From Trichomonas gallinae (Eukaryota), in contig MRSU01008419.1 of the NCBI GenBank assembly GCA_008369845.1, positions 1-56,335 on the forward strand: DNA of 56,335 bases, given 5' to 3'. The position numbers were made by a program, and so were the translations under genes. A model generated the notes under the pieces. The model was not told the DNA's origin. It did not search any database and was given only the letters and a program-made list of their open reading frames with translations. Within the stretch, counting starts at the first letter, position 1, and each line of letters opens with the position of its first letter. Shown piece after piece: positions 1-8,980 of the stretch.

Positions 1-352
1 AAGACCACATATATTGTTGATAAAAGAAATAAGTACTAATTAAAGAAATACTTATTTTTTTTAAATTTTTGTCTGCTGGTTCACCTCTAATGGGGGAATT
101 TATGGAGATCCCGGTTGCTTTTGATGCTGAACCCCGAATAAGGAATATTCAATAATGACGTTTATCGGTGAATTATCGCAAAATTTAAACTTGTGCATTT
201 ATATTATAATATTATATTGACATCTGCAGTCAATTTAGATTTATATTTTGCACTCATTTCCAAGGATGGAGAACAAATAATGAAATATTGAAATTGTTAC
301 GGGGCATTTTTCAAAAATGAGCGATTTTATAGGTGCATCTTTTGTAGAGTGG

Positions 353-412
353 TCGGACAAAGCTGTCGGTCCGCGCCAAAAGTTGTCTAGATTCGGACAA
401 AGTTGTCGAGAA
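353..412. repeat. Three degenerate 20-bp tandem repeats (TCGGACAAAGYTGTCG core)
   Basis: Units start at 353, 373 and 393; units 1 and 3 share 15 of their first 16 nt. Confidence 0.65.
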
Positions 413-1129
413 AAGGAATAAAGCATAAAAATATACGCAATAACACTATCTATTATATGCAAATATATGTACTCATCTAATATAACAAATAAACATATTT
501 TTGAAAAAATAATATATAATTTTATTAATTATCTTCGTTTTCGTTTGCTCCATCATGATGAATATAATGATTGGATCCTGTAGGCAATATTCCATGCTCC
601 AAAATATTCATGACACTGAAAATATTGCTTTCAGTCAGTGTCTCTTGATGTTTGAGACTAATGACAATGATGTGCATGAAGGTAAGCTCTGTCCTGAATC
701 TGCCGACTAAATTAAGCGTGGAATGTTTGAAAATCTAAGCCAAGTATGCGAAACTCAATTCTGACATGTAAATGTCAAATTTAATTGTAAATATGCATAC
801 ATGTCAATAATAATGGTAGTGGATTATACACCATATATAGGTTTCCTCAATGACCTTCGCGATCCAATTCGTAACATTAAAATAGAGAATGAGCTCAGGC
901 AAGTAATTGATACAGATTTATTTATGAAAGCGTGGCGAAAACGCTTCGAAGAATATTTTTCATGTGGACAAGTTAATATACTTCAATTAAAAATATTTTT
1001 CAACATAACAAAATGGAAAATTATTATTTGTCAATAAACTAAAATTTGCCGTGTAATATAACATAAACTATTTTACATATCAAATATTTCCAAAAAAAAG
1101 GAAATCTGCAGATACCCAAATGAAAGAGT

Positions 1130-2029
1130 TTATTTCTTCTTGTTCTTCTTGATGATTACGAATGTGCCGAAGATGAGAATAAGAAGGATAATTCCGATCA
1201 TATAATAATAGAAACATTTGCTCTTCTGATGAGTTTCTGCTTTCTCTAATGATTTGTTACCAGCCCTAATCTCTTCATGTGCTTCGATAACAATATTATC
1301 AATGCGATCGAGCATTGTACCTTGTTGGATGATGAGAGTACCTAAGTCTGCGAAAAGTTCGTTCAGCTGGTTCATCATTTGAATCATCTGTGTTAACTCT
1401 TGGTTACGCTGTCTAAGCATCAAGTCGTTTGCAACAATTTGGGAAGTTTGTTCACCTGTTAAACCAGGGTCGAAATCATCGAGGCTAATGCCATCTTCAT
1501 CACTGTCAAGATCTTTAGCAGCTGCTTGTGCTCTATCATTGATCTTTCTGAGATTTGTGATATAAGCAGCTTGCATGTCTCTAAATCTGGATGTAAGATC
1601 ACGGAGTTTAGCAACAAAGCCAATTCTCATGTTATCTTCAATCTGACCTCGTGTTGTAGCTGAGCTGTATTTATCTTCACGAATTTGATCGCGTAACGAT
1701 GTAATCTGTGTGGAGATTGATCTTGTCTTAGCTTCAATAGCAGCATCTTGTGTTTTATTATCCGAAAAATTAGCTTTGACGCGTTGTTTATGCATTTCTG
1801 CCAGGGTGTTCATTTCACTCTGGATTGTTTGGAACTGGGCTTCGATAGTGCTAGCTGCAGTGACAACTGAATGATCACCGCGTGTTTTGATATCATTCAT
1901 TGGCGGGGCGCTGATTAAACCAACAGAAACATCAGCAGCTGGTCCAGAGGATTGTCCCATTGAGGTTCTGAAATTACGGAATTGGGTTGTTTTATCTCTA
2001 ATAAATCCAAGATGAACTTCTTTCGACAT
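1130..2029 (-). CDS. STX16: Qa-SNARE, syntaxin-16/Tlg2-like
   Basis: N-peptide RDKTTQFRNFR, Habc helices, SNARE motif ...LIIQQGTMLDRIDN... and a C-terminal TM (YYYMIGIILLILIFGTFVII). Start moved from the TTG at 2071 to the ATG at 2029, which is preceded by a TCAT initiator. Confidence 0.85.
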   Translation of the reverse strand: MSKEVHLGFIRDKTTQFRNFRTSMGQSSGPAADVSVGLISAPPMNDIKTRGDHSVVTAASTIEAQFQTIQSEMNTLAEMHKQRVKANFSDNKTQDAAIEAKTRSISTQITSLRDQIREDKYSSATTRGQIEDNMRIGFVAKLRDLTSRFRDMQAAYITNLRKINDRAQAAAKDLDSDEDGISLDDFDPGLTGEQTSQIVANDLMLRQRNQELTQMIQMMNQLNELFADLGTLIIQQGTMLDRIDNIVIEAHEEIRAGNKSLEKAETHQKSKCFYYYMIGIILLILIFGTFVIIKKNKKK

Positions 2030-2047
2030 TAAAAATTTATGATAACC

Positions 2048-2132
2048 GATTTTGCCAAGTAAATTATTCAAAAAATCATAAATGACATGTAATCTTTCAA
2101 ATCTGAGATTTTGCCACGTAAATCATTCAAAA
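2048..2132. promoter_or_regulatory. Duplicated 26-bp promoter element upstream of syntaxin-16
   Basis: GATTTTGCCAAGTAAATTATTCAAAA (2048) and GATTTTGCCACGTAAATCATTCAAAA (2107) are 24/26 identical and flank TGACATGTAA at 2083. Confidence 0.55.
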
Positions 2133-2338
2133 TAACATGTAAATTATCAGCATTTTTCGATTATTGCCATAGTAGTTGATTTAAAATGCGATTTAAGTGT
2201 ATGCATCAAAAAACAATATCTCAACTCAATACAAAACCTGCATACTATCACACATTTCTTATATGAAAAATACATACATATCATCTAAGAATTCTAAATT
2301 ATTACCAATAATAATATAATTTAACAGTTAAAAAAACA

Positions 2339-5296
2339 TTAATTAGAATAATTTGTGATAACCGCCTGATTTGTCAAGTACTTGCAACTCTTGACAGCTT
2401 CCTTAATCAAGAAAGTGAACTTATCAATGACAGCTTGATTCTGAACAATACCATTTGAAATCATTCCGAAAACGAATTCAGCAATTTCACTGACACCGAA
2501 GCCGGCATAAGATCTGAGTGGGAGCAAAGTCAGCACCCAGTCATTGAAGATCTGTTCTGTCGGCATCGCAGCAAGGCACCTAATTACTGCGAATATTGTT
2601 TCGATGTCGCTAATATATCTATCTCTTTGTAACGATTCAATAAGCTCAGCCATGTACTGGAGAATATCAGCTTGGATTTCTTGCGGGCATTTTCCTGATT
2701 CTATTATTGCCAAAATAACAGTGCTTGCAGCGCGTTTAATGAACAAATCAGCATTCAATGATCGAATTGTTTGAACGATTTCATTCAAGTTTTGATCCAG
2801 CACATTTGTGTATTTAATTAGAATAGAGTAGAAGAAGAAACCATGCTCCAACTGCATTGGAATGAATTCTGTGTATGGGATGATATACTCAACAAGTACA
2901 GGGCGAATTGTAACAGCAGATCTTATCATCAAAACTAATCTAATGAGAAGATTTTCGCACTGTGTTGCCGGTTTGCATGTTGAGTTTTCTTTCTGCAGAT
3001 GCATTTGTAGTTCACCTGTGACTTTTTCTAGAATCTTCCTCAAGTCTTTGATAGTCTTATGCGATGGAGCAACGTATTTGTTGTATTCCACCAGTAGAAC
3101 CCTGAAAAGATCGCAGAGATTAATTGCTTTTTCAGTTGAGCAGTCTTCCATGTTGTTGAAGAAAGCAGAACGTGCAGCACCAAATAATGCTTTCATGCCT
3201 GTGAACTTTTCATAGTCTATGTGACGGGGGAGCATGCAGGCAACTCTGAATGCAGCCCTCGTGAGTCTGAATGACAAATCAGCCTCCATCCATTTAATTG
3301 CTATTTCGGCAACTGCGTCGACAATATCTGACAAACCAGTTGTATTGCTTAGAAGCACAAAAATTGTTTCCAATCCTTCATTGATCTCCTGTAAATCTGA
3401 TAACTCGTACAGCTTGTAAACTCCTTCATCCTCGCACAATACTTTGATGCCTTCAAAGTCTTTTTCGAATTCGTTGATGCTGACTTCTTTGTAAGGAATA
3501 TCCATCCTCGCTGCAGTCAAAATGTTTTCAATCAATACTTCGATGTTTTGCTGGACCATTTGGCTTATGTTGACCATGTACATGAGACGTCCATATGCGC
3601 TGTTTACGATATCTCGTTGTGATGAAGTCAAATTTGTTACATCAATTGAACTTATGAATGATATGATCATTTCATTGACACGTTCAAGATCATCACCAGA
3701 TAGGCAGTGTGTTAATGAGCATAGGACATCGAAAGCAGCGAAAACTTGTTCATGATCAGAATTTTCTTCCCCAAATGAAGAAATTACTGGATTGATAAGC
3801 TCATTTACGCCATCGCAGAATGGAATAAAGTTTTCTTTGAGACGTTTTGCAAGTGTGGAAATGATATTCAAGAGTTTAATTGGAAATTCATTAATGAACG
3901 AGGAAACAATTTCCAAAACAGCAGAGCACTGCTCAACAGATATGTGTGATGTCTTATCAATGAAAATACTCAAAGCTGAGATTTCAATATTTCTGCAGAA
4001 GTCTTCTGTTTCATTTGCTATAACATTATAGATGAGAGAAAAGATTTCATCATTGTCTGCTTGTATTGCTTCATCGATAACTTCAATTTCTGGATGATAT
4101 GCATTAAAAACATCAACAAATGCTTGAAATGCATCATATCTGATTAAAGTATTTTCACATACAAAGGAATTTTTGATTATTGGAATGATATCACTGCGAA
4201 TAAATGAATTAAATATATCATCGAAAGGTTTGATTGTTGCTTGTATTAACATAAACAACTGATGCTGTGCATTCGGATCCTGCTCTTCTGATTTTTCTTC
4301 GAAAATAGCTAAAATGCTGTTTCCGATTTCTGGATCATCAGAATATGTTTTAGAAATTCTTTTAATTGCGTCTCTTGCAGATAACATTGGAATATATGTG
4401 TTAATTTCGCCAAATTGGAACTCATCGATCTTGTAACACAGCATTTCAGTCAAAATCTGAATATATTCTAGTGCATTTCCATTGAACTCATTTGGAAAAC
4501 TATCTATAAATATCGTCATGATTTCCATTGCTATGCATTTGAGTTTATCTTCACCGTTGTTTATAATTTCAATTAAAGATTGGAAAATCGCTGGTGTTTG
4601 CTCGCCAAAGAATGTTGGATGCTCCTCGACGAAGGTCCAAAAGTCAGTGAGAACTTTAAATTCCACTGTTGGAACTAAAATTTGCGAAAAATCGATTAAT
4701 TGTTGAAAATTCGGATATAACTCTTGAGACTGAACGCAAGCATATAGTAATGAAAGAGCATATGTAAGAGACTTGTTAATTCCCAGTTGCGCAACTTCTA
4801 AAATCAAATTATTAATTGCTGGCACAAAAGCGGATGAATCGGCAATTTTTGATCTAAATATAAGTGATAGACAGTCAATAAGTGCTAATTTTGCTTCTGG
4901 CGAAACATTTGGAAAATATTGAAATATTTTGTCGAATACAAAACTAAATTGTCCTTCTGGTAAATAAATTCTTGTAAGACGGAATATGCATGTAGATAAT
5001 GGAATAAATAAGAGTGTATTTGTATTATTGACCAAAATTTCGAATAAACTGTCACCAAGTTGTTGAGGCAACTCCGAATTTTGCACCTGTAGCAATTGTT
5101 TTCCAAGTACTGATAACTCACGACCAAACAAAATCGCCGATTTCTGAGCAGATTCGTGCAAAGATTTGATATTCTCTATATTAAGCATGAAAAGCTGAAC
5201 AGGATTTTCCATGAGCATCTGATGGTGGACACCCAGCGTTTCAGCGTCACCAGAAAACAATCTATCAAGAAAAATTCGAAAATCCTGTAAATCCAT
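2339..5296 (-). CDS. Large HEAT/ARM-repeat protein, importin-beta (karyopherin)-like
   Basis: 985 aa, acidic, all-helical amphipathic pattern, HEAT-like motifs (e.g. NTLIRYDAFQAF). Size fits the importin-4/5 class. Family assigned by pattern only. Confidence 0.55.
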   Translation of the reverse strand: MDLQDFRIFLDRLFSGDAETLGVHHQMLMENPVQLFMLNIENIKSLHESAQKSAILFGRELSVLGKQLLQVQNSELPQQLGDSLFEILVNNTNTLLFIPLSTCIFRLTRIYLPEGQFSFVFDKIFQYFPNVSPEAKLALIDCLSLIFRSKIADSSAFVPAINNLILEVAQLGINKSLTYALSLLYACVQSQELYPNFQQLIDFSQILVPTVEFKVLTDFWTFVEEHPTFFGEQTPAIFQSLIEIINNGEDKLKCIAMEIMTIFIDSFPNEFNGNALEYIQILTEMLCYKIDEFQFGEINTYIPMLSARDAIKRISKTYSDDPEIGNSILAIFEEKSEEQDPNAQHQLFMLIQATIKPFDDIFNSFIRSDIIPIIKNSFVCENTLIRYDAFQAFVDVFNAYHPEIEVIDEAIQADNDEIFSLIYNVIANETEDFCRNIEISALSIFIDKTSHISVEQCSAVLEIVSSFINEFPIKLLNIISTLAKRLKENFIPFCDGVNELINPVISSFGEENSDHEQVFAAFDVLCSLTHCLSGDDLERVNEMIISFISSIDVTNLTSSQRDIVNSAYGRLMYMVNISQMVQQNIEVLIENILTAARMDIPYKEVSINEFEKDFEGIKVLCEDEGVYKLYELSDLQEINEGLETIFVLLSNTTGLSDIVDAVAEIAIKWMEADLSFRLTRAAFRVACMLPRHIDYEKFTGMKALFGAARSAFFNNMEDCSTEKAINLCDLFRVLLVEYNKYVAPSHKTIKDLRKILEKVTGELQMHLQKENSTCKPATQCENLLIRLVLMIRSAVTIRPVLVEYIIPYTEFIPMQLEHGFFFYSILIKYTNVLDQNLNEIVQTIRSLNADLFIKRAASTVILAIIESGKCPQEIQADILQYMAELIESLQRDRYISDIETIFAVIRCLAAMPTEQIFNDWVLTLLPLRSYAGFGVSEIAEFVFGMISNGIVQNQAVIDKFTFLIKEAVKSCKYLTNQAVITNYSN

Positions 5297-5533
5297 GGTC
5301 CAAAAAAGTGAAGGAATTCATGATTTGCCTTTAAAACGAACAGACAAGTCACGTAAAATATGACTGCCGAGAAGCCTACGGACATATCATATTAAGCTTG
5401 TTCTTTGTTATTCGTGGCAGATCTTTTGATAAATTTTATTATAAATAACATAGTATTTTAACGCATAATATCAGTATTTCTACGGTCATATTATCAAACA
5501 CAAGTAGATTTTTTGCGAAAAACTTGGTAAATT

Positions 5534-6964
5534 TTACTGAGTAAGAATATCAATCAATTCTTTGACTCTCTTCTTCGTTGCATACTGAGTATTCTTAAGA
5601 GCATTGACCATGCCGCATTTCTTGAGCTTGTTTAGGCATCGTTCGTGTTCCGTTAAAACCATTGAAAGTGCAATCGCCTTTCCAAAGTTATCATCTTCGT
5701 TTTCAACAGTTTCTACAAGAGCCTCGCACATAGGAACGAGTTCTTTCGTGAATGTAACTTTTGCAATTGTATCACAGAATAAAATGCTGGCGTAACGCGC
5801 ATCAACTGTGCCAATTTCATCAGCAGTCTCAAGGAATGATGAAATAAGGCGCGCATCGGACATTCTTTTAACTAATTCGCGAGTAATCTTTACACGACGG
5901 AGAATTGTACAAAGAGCGAAGTGCATTGGAGTATTATGGAGGTCAACAAGTGATTGGAGGAATGGAACAAACTCTTCTGTTCTTGATAATTTATTTCTAA
6001 GATCTTTGTGCGAGAAAACGACAAGGAAAAGTCTGAATGTGTCTTCTGGTGTTGGAAGATCAGCATTCATCCATCTAGAATCGTCAGCGAGGATTCTTGC
6101 AACTTCAACTTGCTGTGAAGTGAGTTTCATAAGAACAAGTGTTGCCAAAACGTCATCCTGCGCAATCTTGAGGATGGACTTGATGAATTTTGGTGTTGAA
6201 TCTTCGAATGGCGGGCAAACAGCAAGATAATTTAAAACGCTCTTTCTTACCTGTTTGTTTGAGATGAATGTCTTGATCTCCTTTGAGGGGATCTCGATGT
6301 TATCGATATAGTTAGCAACAGTTGCAAGGCAATTGAAAGAGATTTCAACTACTTCATCGTCTTCTGATTTGAGTCCTTTGAGAGCAATTTCGTAAACTTC
6401 ATGGCATCTTCCTTCTCTGAATGATGGAAACTCGCGTGTAAGATACATCAAAAGGCTTATGTAATCAAATGCAGTTTCCTTCGAAAGGAAATACTGTTCG
6501 CCATTGAAAAGCATATCAATGAGTGGATATGGGTTTTCAAGATCGTCGAAGAATTGTGTATAGACTGAAATAAGAACTAACGACTTTTTCGGATTGCGAA
6601 TGATGAGTTTTGCGAAAAGATTTGCGAGATCTTCAGTAACAGCTTCTGGGCAACGCGTGATTACTGTATATAAAACATCGAGAACATTGTTTGTGAGGTT
6701 CTTTTGTCTGAAAGGTAAGTTTAATGCGAAATCACCAGCAGCAAAGTAACTCATATTCTTCTTAACTGCTAAAACGTGGTATAATGTTGTCAAAATCTTT
6801 TGTCCAATCTCAAGGGGAACCATTTCTTCGAAATGCTGAAGGACAATCCTAAAGAATGGCTTCGCCTGATTGGGCTGAAGATAGTCTTGAGCATTTTGGA
6901 GCTCTTGTAAGAATGCTTCTTCATCACTGTAGTCCTGAAGAATCTGTAGATTTACTTCTGACAT
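5534..6964 (-). CDS. Conserved hypothetical ARM-type helical repeat protein
   Basis: 476 aa intact ATG-TAA ORF with leucine-rich helical periodicity and no catalytic motif. Confidence 0.6.
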   Translation of the reverse strand: MSEVNLQILQDYSDEEAFLQELQNAQDYLQPNQAKPFFRIVLQHFEEMVPLEIGQKILTTLYHVLAVKKNMSYFAAGDFALNLPFRQKNLTNNVLDVLYTVITRCPEAVTEDLANLFAKLIIRNPKKSLVLISVYTQFFDDLENPYPLIDMLFNGEQYFLSKETAFDYISLLMYLTREFPSFREGRCHEVYEIALKGLKSEDDEVVEISFNCLATVANYIDNIEIPSKEIKTFISNKQVRKSVLNYLAVCPPFEDSTPKFIKSILKIAQDDVLATLVLMKLTSQQVEVARILADDSRWMNADLPTPEDTFRLFLVVFSHKDLRNKLSRTEEFVPFLQSLVDLHNTPMHFALCTILRRVKITRELVKRMSDARLISSFLETADEIGTVDARYASILFCDTIAKVTFTKELVPMCEALVETVENEDDNFGKAIALSMVLTEHERCLNKLKKCGMVNALKNTQYATKKRVKELIDILTQ

Positions 6965-7110
6965 TTTGAATTTTTTTTTTTGTAAAGGAACCTTAAAATT
7001 TGATTACACTTTTAACCTTATTAAAATCATCGTAGTGTCAGATTTTGACATTTTACATGTCAGATTTAATTGGATATTCTGTCAATTTGAATGATTCATA
7101 TATTGTGATT

Positions 7111-7350
7111 ATTGCAATAATAGAGTTTGAGTAAAAAGCTGTAGACAGGTCCTCAAAATTCGTTTAATGCATTCATTTATTGCATATAGTTATTATAAAC
7201 ACATTTATTGATGCGTCTATAACTTTTTGGACAAACTCTAATATATAACAATGTACAATCATCTATTGCATATAGTCATTATAAATACTGAAGAATCATT
7301 TCGAATGATTAAATAAATAACATTTTGAGCAAACTCTAATAAATAGCAAT
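7111..7350. repeat. Composite direct and inverted repeat (MITE-like relic)
   Basis: 7173-7252 is repeated directly at 7259-7350; 7111-7146 is an imperfect inverted copy of 7215-7252. Confidence 0.6.
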
Positions 7351-7668
7351 TTGGAATAACGAATTTTGATATATTGCGTTTACTGATCCATAATACTGAT
7401 TTGTATCAAAAAATTCAAAACTTCAAATTTTTTCTAAAAATATTTTTGAACTGATCAGATTTTGATGTCGTTCTTTGCACAAGGAAGTCATTACCTTATA
7501 TATTTGAGGATGAGTTTATTAAAAAAAATTGATCTAAAGGAAAAATAGAATTATTATGTGGGTTTTCATATTTATGATTTAAAAAAGTAGAATTGTGAAT
7601 TATTTGTTCGATTACTTTAGAGTATTGAGTTATTAAACATTGAAAAAAAAAAAAAAAAAAATTAATAA

Positions 7669-8355
7669 TTATAATTGAATCTGCTCTGAAGATAATATCT
7701 TCTTAACTGATTCCAAGCAAACAGAAGCAGCCATTTCACAGCTCTTGAAATTGAAGCCGAGCTCATTAAAAACAAATTTCCAGTCATAGTGTGTATCACC
7801 GAGGACAAACTGGCTATAACGGCCGGCAAAATCTTCATCTTGCGTTCCTGCACGACCCCAATCTCTCATTCTAAGAACAGAATTGTAAATCTCTTTTGAT
7901 TTGAAGCAAACTACGCAGCAGCAGTTCTTTAGTGTGAAAATATCGACATCTGCTTCATCCATTTTCTCGATGATGTAGTTTTCAGAATATCTAATTAAAA
8001 TTGGAGCTTGTTTCTTTATAGATGTTGACTTTTTCGCTTCAACGATCTGAACTTTTGGTGTTTGTGATTCCTCTGGTGTCGTTGTCGCTCCAAGAAACTG
8101 AATGACGCCCAAAAAGTCATCTGTAAGCACATAATCGCCTTTGGTGATTCCGAAAGCTGCAAGTGAGAGTAGTAAAGCTGACTTTGCAGAGTTTACTAAG
8201 CATCCATTTTTCATTCCGAAATGCTCAGCAAGCAAATTTTCCAGTTGGGCTGCCTTTTTTCCAGGTGCAAGCCATCCAGCTTCGAGTGTTTCTCTAATTG
8301 ACTGCTCGCAAAGCTCATTGAGTTCTGAACTTTCGTGGTACTCCTGATACTTCAT
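7669..8355 (-). CDS. Truncated/divergent DegT/DnrJ/EryC1/StrS family protein (RfbH/NDP-hexose 3,4-dehydratase-like)
   Basis: N-terminal GWLAPG..LE..LAEHFG..GCLVNSAKSALLLSL..GITKGDYVLT; RDWGR and YDWKFVFNELGFNFKSCEMAA are RfbH-type motifs. The C-terminal small domain is absent. Confidence 0.75.
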   Translation of the reverse strand: MKYQEYHESSELNELCEQSIRETLEAGWLAPGKKAAQLENLLAEHFGMKNGCLVNSAKSALLLSLAAFGITKGDYVLTDDFLGVIQFLGATTTPEESQTPKVQIVEAKKSTSIKKQAPILIRYSENYIIEKMDEADVDIFTLKNCCCVVCFKSKEIYNSVLRMRDWGRAGTQDEDFAGRYSQFVLGDTHYDWKFVFNELGFNFKSCEMAASVCLESVKKILSSEQIQL

Positions 8356-8980
8356 TTTTTATTTGAAAATTTTTGCCAGTTCCCCTCATTTAATTTTTAT
8401 CGTTCTCGTGTAAAACCCTGCATTAGGTGATAAATAACAAATTTCATTCTTTACCCAATAAATTAATTTATAAGTTTATGGATGTAAAATAGGCCCCAAA
8501 TTGAATTCATATTTTGCACAATCCTTAATTCATTAGATTCACTTTAATAAACTTTCAAAGTGAAATGCAATCTTGAGCCCTGAGATGAGCTAATCAACTC
8601 AATATAGGGGAGGAACACTTAAATAGGGGCCTAAATTAAGCGTGCCTATATTGGACAACATCGATGTGAATAGAGCAGTGATTGACAGACATAAAACATC
8701 AATGAAATTTCATGATTTTTATTGTGCATTTTTTAAGAATTCAATAAGTAAGGACAGTTATAATTATTTGTTGCATTGATAAGTATATCGAAATTATGAG
8801 AAAAAGCTCTTGACAAATTCATGATTGTTTTTTATTGAAGCATTCAATTAGGCTGTTTCATCATTTTTGATTTTTGCGATGATGTTCATAAATAATAATA
8901 GATTTGAACTTATTAAGAATGAACTCAAGAGATTAATCAAACAGCATGATGAATAAAAAGAAAGATTACTTTGTTTTTAA

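Noticed and set aside
353..412. Short palindromic repeats as a possible CRISPR array
   Set aside because: No spacers, only three degenerate units, no cas genes, eukaryotic context.
241..462. Short intergenic ORFs (241-462, 32648-32851, 32829-33029, 49224-49445)
   Set aside because: Under 80 aa with no motifs; they overlap repeats, promoter clusters or the antisense strand of the ankyrin pseudogene.
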